Below, one piece after another: positions 29,996-44,305 of a stretch of DNA of 64,000 nucleotides. The notes beneath the pieces were generated by a model. The model saw only the letters and a program-made list of their open reading frames with translations, did no database searches and had not been told where the DNA came from. The translations under genes and the position numbers were made by a program. The stretch's first letter is position 1. Every line of letters starts with the position of its first letter. This stretch comes from Eledone cirrhosa (taxonomy: Eukaryota): positions 171,616,001 to 171,680,000 of the forward strand of contig OZ024740.1 in assembly GCA_964016885.1 (NCBI GenBank). Reading direction: 5' to 3'.

Positions 29996-30564
29996 TGAGA
30001 TTCTACAGGACTAGAACTGTTTCATTCTTTAGAAATCATTGTGGTTACCTCCGATTCAACCCGGAATAACGTACGTATATATATATATATATATACACAC
30101 ATTTATATATCGTTTTGTGTGTATGTTACTGAGGGTAACTGTATCGTTTGAAGTTTACGTACTTTCTACTTTCTACTAATAAATTCAATGCCTCGTCCAA
30201 AAACGGTTTCTTTGTTGTCAATATATTCGAATGTCATTTCTCAGTGGCTCATTTCACCCATTGTTCGTGATTCGTTCAATCTATAAAGAGCGATAGAATA
30301 ATACAGTTGTTGGCGGGAAGATTCTCAGGATTGTGGTTATTTGAAGATAATTATCTTCAAATACATCTGTGGATAAAGAACTGGTTGAATTATAATTCAA
30401 CCAGTTCTCTATCCACAGATGTTGGTCCTTCGTCCTTATCACCTGTTTTGGACAACATATTTCTTTTTACATTGAATCTCGAATGATTTGAGTTGAACAA
30501 GGCTGTGGGTTATGTGTTTTTTAACACTCTTGATACTACACTCTTTGACACTCTCCATGTTTCC

Positions 30565-31265
30565 ACGATCATCATCATCATGTTCCTGCAACTAGAGCAG
30601 CTAATCGTTGGGGTGACAGTCTAGACGTTTTCGCAGTCATTCGTCGCCACTGGTCTTTAGTCTCCGTTATGCGTAGAAAGGTCTAGGTGTTGTGACCAGT
30701 CCAGTATTTGATGTTGTCGGACCGGGAATTTCTCTGTCTGCCTCTTCTTCGCCCTCCTTGAACGATGGCTTTAGACAAGGGGTTGTGGCGGGATACATTA
30801 CCATACTAGGCAAGCTTTCATCTTTTCACCATCATAAGGTGGCTCCTGTCTTCCAGCATATTTGTTAACTTGCTGCCTGACAAAGCTGTTTGTTTTGTGT
30901 TTGGTATATGGATTTCGTTGGAAAGTGGTGGAGTTGCTTTCCATATGACATCAGCTTTCCTATGGTAGAAGTGGCCAGGGCGAGTTTTGTCAGTATCTTC
31001 TTTTGAGATCTGCCGTCTTTGGTCTTAGACACGACTGGTTGCAATATTTTGACTATTACTATTAACCAGAATCTTTTCTGAGCTGATCTCCATTCGGTAT
31101 GCTCCTGATACTTTTCCAGTCTGGTAGTGAGTTTGTGGAGTTCTGTTACACTGCTTCCTAACAGGTCAATGTCATTAGCAAATCACAGACTGGAAATGGG
31201 CCATCCTGCAATGGAAACAAAGAAGTGGGAGTCTTGGAGTGTCTTTTGCTTGATATTTTTCAGAT
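30565..31265 (-). mobile_element. Decayed RTE/RTEX-like LINE 3' fragment with (ATG)n tail
   Basis: FANDIDLLGSSVTELHKLTTRLEK, GGRRRGRQR; CATCATCATCAT near 30570. Confidence 0.75.
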
Positions 31266-31375
31266 GTATGTATATAAACCCCATTCTCAGACTATAATTT
31301 CTTTAGTAAAAAAATACGGTGAAAACGATTCTATTTTCTAATTTCAAACCTGCTCACTTTTTCAAAACATATTAA

Positions 31376-31424
<49 letters not shown>

Positions 31425-31426
<2 letters not shown>

Positions 31427-32781
31427 CAAAATGTTCAAGACCCCGACGGCAGAGCTCAAGCCGTTTCGACGGTTATTTCTGGACTAAATTAGATTTTTAG
31501 CGTGGTAATAAATAGCCGAACTTTTCAAGGGATAATTCCATATATGGGCATGTGATACTCATGCATTTCTGAAGGTTGTAGTTGTCAAAAGGATTGGTCA
31601 AAATTTCTTGTAAACACAGTTAAATCTTTCATGGCGGTGGGTAGGGGATGGGAGTGGCTGAACTTGCCTGTAGAACAATGAGGGAGTAGGTGAAGCCGGT
31701 CAAGCGTTGAAAGTAAATTCTATACAGCAAATACTAAGGAGTGTGGAGGGATTAGGTTAGCTAGAAAGCAGTCGAAAAAAGAATTCTACAGGAATATGAA
31801 AGTGGGGAATTATAAAATAAAAAAAATAAAATAAAAAAATATATTAAAAAAAAAACAAAAAAATAATAAACAAAAAATAATATTAAAAAATAAAAATAAA
31901 TTAAAAATAATAAAAAAAACTTGATTCTAAAACAGTTGCTTTATTTTTAGCCGGTATTGCGTTATCGGCCAATGCTATATAGAATTTACGGGGGTGGGGG
32001 TACTGAGGCTACAAAAGCCCGATGGGCTGCCTCAGAGTAAGCGAAAGAGGAAAGAGGAAAAGGAAGAGGAGAGGGAGTGGAAGGAAGTGAGAAGAAGAGA
32101 TAAAGGGAAAAAAGAAAAGAATTACTTCTATCTATGTATGCTGGGGTTTCCCCTGTTTTGTTCGGCAAGTGGGAAAAGAAGGACGTTACAGCGATTGTCT
32201 ACCCACCCGGATCATGAGGAGGTTTGAGGGCAAGGTAAGTCCTATGCAATCGGTGTTTACATGCGGTTACAAGTTCGTCTTTTTTGTTTAGGAGTTGGTC
32301 CATCGTAAACAGCATTTGTATTGTTTCCTTCGAGCATAACTTACACGGAGGGCGTCCTCCCGTGTAGGAGTTAGCCCTGGAAAGTAAGCTCCAAGTAAGA
32401 TGGTATGTGATGTTATTATCTTGGAGGTTCCAGATGTCGCCGGGCTGGGTTTCTGAACGTATGTCCCACATCTGGGACCTCCAGTTAGCCCAGGAAAATA
32501 AGCTCCTACTGTGTTTACAAGAATTTTTTACCGATCCTTTGACAACTACAACCTTCAGCAATGCATGATTATCGCATGCCCATATATGGAATTACCCCTA
32601 GAAAAGTTCGGCTATTTATTACCACGTTAAAAATCAAATTTAGTCTAGAAATAGGCGTCGAAACGGCTTGAGCTCTCCCGTTGGGGTCCTGAATCTTTTC
32701 CTATTACCCACTCTACTACCCAAAGTATCGAGTACTCTGGTGCGTTATGGTCCACCTGGTTTCCTTACCACACTTCCTTCG

Positions 32782-32785
<4 letters not shown>
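31425..32785 (-). mobile_element. 5'-truncated Penelope-like element: GIY-YIG C-terminus, tail and inverted pLTR copy
   Basis: IWNLQDNNITYHLTWSLL...CKLCSKE...LLNKKDELVTACKHR resembles ORF 58002-58601; 31438-31620 and 32508-32690 are inverted repeats. Confidence 0.85.
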
Positions 32786-32828
<43 letters not shown>

Positions 32829-32912
32829 AAAGGTAAACAGAAATAACAACACAATCGGTACAGTATATGGAAGGAATATATTAGGTTAACGCCTGATATA
32901 GCAGGAAGAGGG

Positions 32913-32948
32913 TTTTAACGTTTCGGACGCTAGTCCTTCATCAGAAGA
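32913..32948 (-). ncRNA. Minimal type I HHR (family shared with 45105)
   Basis: TCTT-CTGATGA-A-GGAC-TAGC-GTCC-GAAA-CG-TT-AAAA; one helix I mismatch. Confidence 0.7.
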
Positions 32949-33159
32949 AAGAATGAGAAATAAGATAGATTGAGGGGACGGGCGGGATGGAATTTGAAAA
33001 AATGTCTTTAGATAAAAATAACAGGTCCATTCATGTTGACATCGCTTGCAGGTCGGATTTAGCTGTCGAAACGGCCGCAGCTCAGCCGTCGGGGTCCAGA
33101 CTCTTTTCCTATTATCCACTCTGTTATGGTCCACCTGGTTCCTTATCACACTTTCTTTG

Positions 33160-33217
<58 letters not shown>

Positions 33218-33651
33218 ATACATACATAAATACATAAATACATACGCACATATGTGAGTGTCTGCGTTTGGTTATGTATGTATGTGTGAGTACACACACA
33301 CTCACGTGCGTTTATACGTTTATATGTATATTTCTTAGTGACAGTTTCATTTTTTTAACAGGAATTTTGTATAATAAAAGCAAAGGACATTTACAGTATA
33401 TACAACTCGTACATATTTGTGAGAGTGCAGATATTTGTAGGAATATTTTGATAAATTTCAATTTTGACAATACCTATAAATTCCAAATGCATTTTCGCAA
33501 AGGCGTCGATTAGTAACAAAGTTATGTAATAAATATTTGTATAAGACACGAAACATTTCCCCATACATTCCTATCTTCTTTTCCTTTTCATTTGAGTTGC
33601 TTAAATTTGTATTTGTTACTCATTTTATTTCCTATTAATACTGAACTTACA

Positions 33652-33850
33652 TTCTTCTTCTTCTTCTTCTTCTTCTTCTTCTTCTTCTTCTTCTTCTTCT
33701 TCTTCTTCTTCTCCTCCTCCTCCTCCTCCTCCTCCTCCTCCTCCTCCTCCTCCTCCTTCTTCTTCTTCTTCTTCTTCTTCTTCTTCTTCTTCTTCTTCTT
33801 CTTCTTCTAGAGAGAGAGAGAGAAAGAGAAAGAGAGAGAGAGAGAGAGAG
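33652..33850. repeat. Compound (TTC)n(TCC)n(TTC)n(GA)n microsatellite
   Basis: Direct reading. Confidence 0.97.
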
Positions 33851-35459
33851 TGGTGGTGGGGAGGAGGATGTAGAGAAAATAAAGAGGAAAAGCAAAACAA
33901 ATGTTGAGGTGAAGATAAAGAAAGGAGATAAAGACAAGAGGCAATGAAGATATAAACCTATAGGGGGGAGGTGTGATGGTGTGATGTTAAGAAAGATAGA
34001 GTGGACCTCAGTCGGTTTCGAGGACAAGTGTTCCAGTTGTTCGATCAATGGAACAATCTACTCATGAAATTAACATGTAAGAGCCGAGTATTCCACAATC
34101 ACGTGTACCATTAACGTAATTCTCATTAAGTTACAAGGCTGGCCTTCTGACTTGCAGGTACAACTCATTTTGCCAGCAAAGTGGACTGGAGTAATGTGAA
34201 ATAAAGTATCTTGTTCCAGAATACAACGAACCACCAGCAATCAAATTCATGACATTATGGTTGTGAGCCGATAACTCTAATTACTAAGCCACGCACCTTT
34301 ACGAAGAGAAAAATAAATCTCGAAGGGAGAGCATCAACTTCAACACCACCAACAACCACAACTAAATAGCAGAAACAATAGTTTTCTAGAGGCTACGAGC
34401 AAGCCCACATGTGGTCTTCCGACGTGCAAGTGATGGCAGCTACAGCTTTATTAAAACACACTTGGCTGTCTTCAAAGTAGAAGGAAACAATTGATAATAT
34501 AGACTTGAATGTACATTGCGTGAAAAAAGGGTTGGGAAGATTACAGCTTGAAAGACTTTGATCATAGGGTTACTGGATTAAGGATAGCCTTGGTCTAATT
34601 AAGAGCATATACAATAATACGAAAGACAAAATAAAAAAAAACAACAGAATACTGATTGAACGTGCGGATCGAAACCAAGCTTCGACCATCTGCTTATGTG
34701 GCATACCTCTGTTATAGGCCCGTAAATGTTTGTATGAATGGACTCGCAGGGGCGTCGTTGTGACATACAGCGTACCTTGGGCATTTCAAACTTGGCAGAG
34801 CCCATCCCTCTCCCGATCTGACCACAGTTGACTTCTTCCATCGAAAAATAAAGAGGTTGAGAGAGACAGTAAGAGACATAGGGAAGAAGTCGACTCAATA
34901 TTGGCCTTGTACTTTATTTATCGATCACAAAAGGACGAAAAGCAAAGTTGACTTCAGCAAGATTTGAACTCAGAACACAGAGAGTCGGAGTGAATACTGC
35001 GAAGTTTTCTATGTGTGGTTCTAACAATTCTGTCAATTCGCAACCTAGGGTCCGTAAATAGAAAGTCTTTGATATTGGCATTACAACTTGAAAAATAACT
35101 GTTTACTTGTTTGTACAGCTGGCAAGACAGTTAGCCTGATTATATTATGGGAAATAACTGTTTTAGTACTCTTCCTTACGAGTTCGAATCTCACACGAAG
35201 AAAAAGGGGCTTGCATGAATTAGACGTTTGTTGTATAAGCGCCCTTGCAGGGCCTCAGTGCAAGACCGACTGTGACACGAATTGGACGGCCGCTACACTG
35301 ACACCTACTTATGCCGGGCCGCAGTACACCATCAACGGTCGCAATGATAGAGTCGTAAGAGCTTCGTCGTTAAATCAAGCGGAATCATTTTCTTTATATA
35401 TCTGGAAAATATCGATTTCTTCAAGAAAGGGAGAGAGGAGGCGATGGATAGATAGAAAG

Positions 35460-35490
<31 letters not shown>

Positions 35491-35516
35491 CACATATATA
35501 CATATATATATATATA

Positions 35517-35616
<100 letters not shown>

Positions 35617-35724
35617 CGACGCTTGTACTAGACTGGTACTTTATCGATATTGAAAAGATAAAAGGTAAAGTTGACCTCTCCGAGATTTGAACTCAAAGTG
35701 CACAGTGGCAGAACGTATACTCCC

Positions 35725-37840
35725 TTCTTCTTCTTCTTCTTCTTCTTCTTCTTCTTCTTCTTCTTCTTCTTGAGAGGGTCGTGGGGGAAGACTCATCAAA
35801 CACTCCTTCCAGTGGGTCCTGTAAGAAACAACCATCTTCAACTGATCTGGCTGGATCCCCAAACGAGACCAACAAACATCATGTTATCCACCTATCTTGC
35901 TCGGGATCTACCCCCGAGTCTCCTGTCGGTTGGTTTTGCCCGTAAAATCTGTCCAGTGAATTTTTCTCGAGACATTCTAACCACATGCCCATAATAGCGG
36001 TGTTGTGATCTCTCAATTCGGAGCAGTAGCGGCTCTACCTGGAGTGACTCTCTGATCTCTGAGTTGTGCACTTTATCGAGTAAGGTTACTTCGGAGACCC
36101 TTCGCCGGAATCCCATTTCGGCCGCTTGTATTCGCAATCGTACTCTTTCGGTCATTACTCAAGTTTCATGATCATAGGAAAGTGTTGACACGAATACCGA
36201 CTTAAAGATAGCGAGTTTGGCTTTTACACCTACCTACTTTCCTATGATTACCGAATGCTGAACTTGGCGCATTACTGCACCAGTTCCTGCAATTCTTCCA
36301 CTTAATTCAGCCTTCTGTCTTCCATCATTTGTGAACACGACCCCGAGATACTTGAACTTCTCCACTTGCTTCAGTGGAACTTCATTTACATGTAGGGTGC
36401 ACTACGCAGGACTCCTTGAGAAGACGGGTGTCTCAGTTTTCGCAGCACTGATTTTCATTCTAGCTATGCAGCAAGTGTAAGTCGGAGATCATCTTCTGTC
36501 GAGTTAAGTAATAGCATGTCGTCTACAAACTCCAACCGACTTATTTTAAACCTGTCAGTCGTGATACGACATCCAAGCAGACTGTCAATCCTGTTCATGA
36601 AAATAATGAACAGGAGAGGTGACAGTAAGCAACCTTGGTGCAATCCGACTCCCACATTGAATGGTTTCGATTTAGCACCATTTACCCGAACACAAATACT
36701 CGGGCATTCATATAGAGATATCGGGGCAGCAAGAAGCTGACAATCGATCCCATACTCATGTACAACATTCCACAGCGAATAACGTGGTCATATGTCTTTC
36801 GAGATCAACAAAACAAGAATATACCGCTTGGCAATATTTCCACGATTTCCAGAAGGCTTGTCGCGGTGTGAATATTTAGTCGACTGTGCTGCATCCGGGG
36901 CAAAAACCGCACTGTTCATCACCTAGCTTGGACTCAACAATCTTCCTGCATCTCTTTGCTAGACACTTAACAGGGACTTTACCAGGTAGGGGTGGGGACT
37001 TAACAAGGAGATCCCTCTGTAATTGGAACAAACTCTCTTGTCTCCCTTTTTGAAAATTAGGATTATCACTCTCGATTGCCATTGCTTAGGTGCCTTTCCA
37101 GAGATCCAGTCCACCCGTCACACATGAGTTAGCCAGAGAATATCTTATCTATTTAAGGCTTTTAACATCTCGGGCCGGATTTCATCTTCCCCAGCGGCCT
37201 CGCCACATTTGAGCTCTTTAGCTGCTCTTGTGACCTCTGAAAGATTAGTCAACACTCCTAGATGCTCCTTGTGTACATCAGAAGATGCTGTTGTGATCGG
37301 ATTTAGGAGATCAAAAACGTATTCTATCCACCATCTCGTGAGGATGCACCTCTCTGAAGAGAGGAGAACCTAGGTCACGTTCCTGATAGCATGTCTGATG
37401 GAGGACTTCTTATTACGAAGTCGGCGGATGTCTGCTAGAACCCTTTATTTGCTGATCTGGAGTCGGATTCCAGCTTAACCCTAAAGCCCTTCCGTGTCTT
37501 AACTTTGGACGCCTTTACTGTCTCTGCTGTGATTATTTGTGCCCGCGTGTACCGCTAGTAATAGAAGGAGGATTTATTTCTAAGCCAAGCTCGGATGGCT
37601 GCTTTGACCTCTTGATTGAACCAAACTGTTCTCTTGCCATCCGTTGCCACACTAAGCCCCTTCACTTGCAGCATTTAACAGCTGAAGCAGAAACTGCTGA
37701 GCTGGACAATCTCCACTCTGTTTCAATGTCCTCAGTTTGCTCAGGGAGTTCTCTGAATTTGGGTGCAATAGTATCTGCATACCTGGTCCTGGTCCTGACT
37801 TCCTTATCCACCAACACTTCCCACTTTATCCTCTAGGTCG
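35725..37840 (-). mobile_element. Decayed RTE-clade LINE with (GAA)n 3' tail
   Basis: VGLHQGCLLSPLLFIIFM, LEFVDD, RIQAAEMGF, LLLRIERSQHRYYGHVVRM; tail 35725-35771. Confidence 0.9.
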
Positions 37841-38257
37841 CACAGGACCTGCCAGTTTTGTGTTTTTGGGGGGTTTTAGGTAGTCTTAAATTACAGATAA
37901 CTAGATGAGGATCAGCTGACAGCTCAGCCCCTCTCTTAACCCCAACATTCAGCACAGAATCGAAAAGATCATATTGCAGTTTTAGTGGTCTTATTCGCGC
38001 TAGTCACGAGTCTGGCACTTTCTCAAACTTAAGAAAACTAGGCTTTTTTAGAGGTGGAATACATTACTGGGTTATGTGAATTTTCTTGGGAACTCTAAGT
38101 ATTACCCATTTCTCCATCTCTTCTAGTAGTTTTCCGCTGTTGGTCCGGGGTTGCTTATTCGTGCGGCAGCTCCCCGCTTATGTCGCAATTAATCATCATA
38201 TCTCGTGGCCTGCGACACGTTTTCTAGCAGAACAGCTCTTCCGAGAAACTTATACTC

Positions 38258-38338
<81 letters not shown>

Positions 38339-38600
38339 ACTATACAGAGCATTTGATGTTTTTCCAAATTGAAGGATAAGTATTTTAGACTTTATTTTAT
38401 CATGAGTTAAGGCTCTATTGATTTTTCCCTGGATTTCACTAAATTCTGTGGATGAATTTATATCCTGATTCTCTTTTGAGATGAGTTTGAATTATTTTTC
38501 CTACATCTTACGTTAACTATTTTTCCCATCTTGACGACATAGTCGCATATATGTTATGGAATACTGTTAGCTTCTCGCTAAAACAATTTCTATACCTTTC

Positions 38601-38637
<37 letters not shown>

Positions 38638-38720
38638 GAGGTAAGTTTTATTGTAGCACAATAAAGCAATGCAAATATCGGATAAGTAGCACTCTACAGT
38701 TTGTAGGACTGGAGTATAAA

Positions 38721-39236
<516 letters not shown>

Positions 39237-39302
39237 AAAGACGTAAAATAAGAAAATAAAAAAAAACATTTTTTTAAATTAACTTACTTACTAAAATTTT
39301 CA

Positions 39303-39381
39303 CTCCAACTAATTAGTTTCTGCAATGGGATAAAGACAGTTACGTAATAAACTGTTGAGAATTCATTGCGTCATCAGGGAG
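39303..39381 (-). ncRNA. Type I HHR with branched helix II, copy 1
   Basis: CTCC-CTGATGA-C-GCAATG...CATTGC-A-GAAA-CTAATTAG-TT-GGAG; inner hairpin ACAGTT/AACTGT. Confidence 0.78.
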
Positions 39382-39848
39382 GTCTATTCTCAGCTAAGTC
39401 TCCAGGCAATGCGCGGACACTGGGGACTCATATAAAAATAATAATAATTCGGTAAATGGAACAGCTAGCGGGGACTGGATTCCATGTACTGAAAATCTCG
39501 CTGTCACTGGTCAAATGGCAGATTCTAAAGAATCAATCACGTGACACTGAGGCTAGTCGGTAGGAGTGGGATGGTAAGATGACAGACGCCTACTAACACA
39601 CCAAAAAATTAGTAGTGGTTTTGGCAGGTTTGCTCGACAAATAAGTGATTTGGAGATAAATATAGAGAATTTAGTATATCTACTAACATATGCGTACAGA
39701 TGTACGCTAATGCCAGCAAATACACAGGTTATGTCATAGTACCTAGGTGGTTCAATGCAGGAGGATGCAGAACAATAATATAAAAGACGTAAAATAAGAA
39801 AATAAAAAAAATTTTTTTTAAAAATTAACTTATTTACTAAAATTTTCA

Positions 39849-39927
39849 CTCCAACTAATTAGTTTCTGCAATGGGATAAAGACAGTTACGTAATAAACTG
39901 TTGAGAATTCATTGCGTCATCAGGGAG
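39849..39927 (-). ncRNA. Type I HHR, copy 2 (546 nt from copy 1)
   Basis: Same sequence, within ~200-bp direct repeats 39234-39432 and 39780-39979. Confidence 0.78.
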
Positions 39928-39976
39928 GTCTATTCTCAGCTAAGTCTCCAGGCAATGCGCGGACACTGGGGACTCA

Positions 39977-40049
<73 letters not shown>

Positions 40050-40910
40050 ATAGTAATAATAATAAAATTGAAGACTAAAATCCAAAGAGGGCTCGATAAG
40101 GAAAATATATATCAGATATATAAGAACCGAAGAGCAAATATTTATTAAAATAACAGATTAAAGTTTAAGCAAAGAATCGCTGCTTTCACCCTTAACGGGA
40201 TCTTCTGAAACTAACAAAGTCAATCTGTAAACGCAGAACTGGATATTTCAAAAAACGTTGCAACCGGAGGAAGACAGGAAGACGATACTTTGGTTCATGG
40301 TGACGTTCGCTGGCAAAGAACGGGAAAAAACGAATAATACGTCATTAATAGGAGCGGTGAAAAACAATTACGCGCAAAGACAGAACCACGTTTATGGTAT
40401 AAAAGAGGTCGTAGACTAATGTTCTCTAAGTGGTGCATAGAGACGTTCTCTGGCAATGAACGAAAAAACGAAGATAATAAGTCATATGTGGAGAGTCAGT
40501 GTTGAACAAAAAGGTGACATGGTTGCCTTAACACCGTACGGCATAAATTCAGGCTGTCAGTTTGTTTACAAACGGACAAAGCGGGCGTTATAATAAGCGT
40601 CCGCTAAACTGATACGTACATATATGTATGTGTACCTGTATGTATATATATATATGTATATATATATATATGCATGCTACTGTACGTCTGTATACATATA
40701 TGTATGTACGTATACATACATACTTACATTTAAGTAAGTGCCGTACTAAGAGTGAGAAATGAAATTTCGTTTTCATTTTATTACAACTTATCGTTTTCGG
40801 TGCGCCTGGCCGACTGAACTCACTCGATATGCAAATTAGGCTGCTCAGCCGTTAATTTTCATAAGGAAAGTATATACTTTCGAACGTTCAACCATCTGGC
40901 AGAAGGGTAT

Positions 40911-40953
40911 ACGGTGCTGATGATAGCTAACAAGCTTGAAACTAGTACATCGT
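40911..40953 (+). ncRNA. Minimal type I HHR, unit 1
   Basis: ACGGTG-CTGATGA-T-AGCT-AACA-AGCT-T-GAAA-CTAG-TA-CATCGT; 6-bp helix I, palindromic CTAG loop, cut after 40947. Confidence 0.85.
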
Positions 40954-41107
40954 TCCTGTGTCAGTGTTGAACAAAAAGGTGACGTGGTTGCCTTAACACC
41001 GTACGGCATAAATTCAGGCTGTCAGTTTGTTTACAAACGGACAAAGCGGGCGTTATAATAAGCGTCCGCTAAACTGATACGTACATATATGTATGTGTAC
41101 CTGTATG

Positions 41108-41138
<31 letters not shown>

Positions 41139-41377
41139 GCATGCTACTGTACGTCTGTATACATATATGTATGTACGTATACATACATACTTACATTTAA
41201 GTAAGTGCCGTACTAAGAGTGAGAAATGAAATTTCGTTTTCATTTTATTACAACTTATCGTTTTCGGTGCGCCTGGCCGACTGAACTCACTCGATATGCA
41301 AATTAGGCTGCTCAGCCGTTAATTTTCATAAGGAAAGTATATACTTTCGAACGTTCAACCATCTGGCAGAAGGGTAT

Positions 41378-41420
41378 ACGGTGCTGATGATAGCTAACAA
41401 GCTTGAAACTAGTACATCGT
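41378..41420 (+). ncRNA. Minimal type I HHR, unit 2
   Basis: Identical to 40911-40953. Confidence 0.85.
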
Positions 41421-41842
41421 TCCTGTGTCAGTGTTGAACAAAAAGGTGACGTGGTTGCCTTAACACCGTACGGCATAAATTCAGGCTGTCAGTTTGTTTA
41501 CAAACGGACAAAGCGGGCGTTATAATAAGCGTCCGCTAAACTGATACGTACATATATGTATGTGTACCTGTATGTATATATATATAAGTATATATATATA
41601 TATGCATGCTACTGTACGTCTGTATACATATATGTATGTACGTATACATACATACTTACATTTAAGTAAGTGCCGTACTAAGAGTGAGAAATGAAATTTC
41701 GTTTTCATTTTATTACAACTTATCGTTTTCGGTGCGCCTGGCCGACTGAACTCACTCGATATGCAAATTAGGCTGCTCAGCCGTTAATTTTCATAAGGAA
41801 AGTATATACTTTCGAACGTTCAACCATCTGGCAGAAGGGTAT

Positions 41843-41885
41843 ACGGTGCTGATGATAGCTAACAAGCTTGAAACTAGTACATCGT
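41843..41885 (+). ncRNA. Minimal type I HHR, unit 3
   Basis: Identical to 40911-40953. Confidence 0.85.
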
Positions 41886-42183
41886 TCCTGTGTCAGTGTT
41901 GAACAAAAAGGTGACGTGGTTGCCTTAACACCGTACGGCATAAATTCAGGCTGTCAGTTTGTTTACAAACGGACAAAGCGGGCGTTATAATAAGCGTCCG
42001 CTAAACTGATACGTACATATATGTATGTGTACCTGTATGTATATATATATAAGTATATATATATATATGCATGCTACTGTACGTCTGTATACATATATGT
42101 ATGTACGTATACATACATACTTACATTTAAGTAAGTGCCGTACTAAGAGTGAGAAATGAAATTTCGTTTTCATTTTATTACAA

Positions 42184-42224
<41 letters not shown>

Positions 42225-42285
42225 ATATGTATATATACGTGTGGATTTATGTGTGGATATATATATATATATATGTGTGTATATG

Positions 42286-42354
<69 letters not shown>

Positions 42355-42545
42355 TAGTAAAAGTAAAAGAAAATGCTGACAAATTTTTCCCAGTGAAAAA
42401 TAGTTTAATTAGGAATAAGTATAAATTAGTAATAAGTATTGGTTAGTATTCAGTTTTAGTTTTCAGTTTTTACCGGTTGCGCATTTCTAATGCTTTTCAA
42501 AAATAATTTTGAGATAGAGCGCTCGTGATGTTTGCTCAAATCTGG

Positions 42546-42690
<145 letters not shown>

Positions 42691-42752
42691 GTGTATACGT
42701 ATTTATATATTTTGTATATGTGTATATATGTGTATATCTGTAGATGTGTTTG

Positions 42753-42855
<103 letters not shown>

Positions 42856-43151
42856 TATAAATTATGTCCTTAGAATCATATGATAAGATATATACTCAAT
42901 TCCCTCTCCCAATTAGCACAATCAACCACACAAAAAAAAACAATTAAACCAGGCTACAAGGTTAAAAGACACCTGTGAAGAAACAATAGATAAATAAACG
43001 ATAGCCATCCACTCGCTATCAACAGCCATAGAATACTCACCCCGTACTTCAATAGCACGTGGAAATCGATTAAATATATCGTCAACCACACACAATTAGG
43101 TATAAAATTAAAGTTAGAAGAAAAAATGCATATACACATACCAGGATTACG

Positions 43152-43229
<78 letters not shown>

Positions 43230-43240
<11 letters not shown>

Positions 43241-43826
43241 GAGAAGAAAGAATACTGCGTAGTTGCACATGGGTTACATATGATAAAAATAGTCCTTCGT
43301 CAGTGACTTTCCAGCCATCATTGATATTACATCGCATTAAAAATCATATACCACACGTTGGTGCGAGCAATAGCTAAATAAAGCTATTGGGACAAGTAAA
43401 TCGCGTAAAGCGAGTGAGACAAGTAAACAACATACAAGGATGAAAGCAACGCAAAGATAGGAATAAACAAGCAACATGGTTATCCGGTCAGTATAATCTG
43501 GGTGGATTTCATGTGCGACGGCGATACAGACCGTCCGACGTGAGTGAGATGTGAGCAAGAAGAGAACCCACTCCAAGCCAAACGGGAGGAAGTGAGAAGG
43601 GGAGAAACAGAGAGTGAGTGAGTGGAAGTGCGAGGAAGAGGTCAGTCGAAGAAAGTGTAACTGACAGAGGGGGTGAAGAAGATAAGGGCAACAGAGAGAA
43701 CGGGGAAGCAGTAAGAGAGAAACAGACAAACGCAGCCGAGGTAAATATATATAAAAAACATGAGAAGAAAGAAGAATACTGCGTGGTTGCACATGGGTTA
43801 CATATGATAAAAATAGTCCTTCGTCA

Positions 43827-43830
<4 letters not shown>
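43230..43830 (-). mobile_element. PLE-like tail with ~70-bp direct terminal repeats between (TA)n tracts
   Basis: AAAACATGAGAAG...AGTCCTTCGTCAGT at about 43234 and 43755; same family at 22990-23085 and 46990-47146. Confidence 0.6.
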
Positions 43831-43859
<29 letters not shown>

Positions 43860-44305
43860 TGTGTGTGTGTGTGTGTATGTGAATGTGTCTGTTGACACCT
43901 GGAATATAGCTTAAGAGAAACAATAATGATATGATAGGCACCCGATATTTTGAACTGGTTTATAGAATTCTCCTGGCCTTTGTCACTCTAAGTAGAGCTT
44001 TAAAGAATTAGGTTTTAAAGAATTTCTCTTTTCTTTAAATCCATCAACCATGACCGACCCCCAACCATCTTATAGACACCTGAAATATAGGCATTGTTAG
44101 CTTAAGAGAAACTTAAAAATAAGGAGTGGCACCCCAATTTGAACTTGTTTATAGAATTCTTTCTGCCTTTGTCACTCTAAATATAAATTATAGCCTTAAA
44201 GAATTAGCTTTTAATGAATTCCCCTTTCTTTCAACCAATGACCTCCACCCATCCCACTCCCCACCCGAAAAGATATAAATAGCACAACATTTTTTTTGGA
44301 CAACC

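Larger units (their letters stand above)
40495..42187 (+). mobile_element. Tandem array of ~465-bp units (about 3.6 copies), each complete unit ending in a minimal HHR; retrozyme/pLTR-like
   Basis: Units start 40495, 40960, 41427, 41892; near-identical apart from the internal (TA)n tract; no credible ORF. Confidence 0.88.

Noticed and set aside
33592-34048. Poly-E/G/R/F ORFs
   Set aside because: Trinucleotide microsatellite.
40588-42173. Four repeated 62-70 aa minus ORFs ([10 protein letters not shown]...)
   Set aside because: They cross an internal (TA)n tract whose length change shifts the frame between units.
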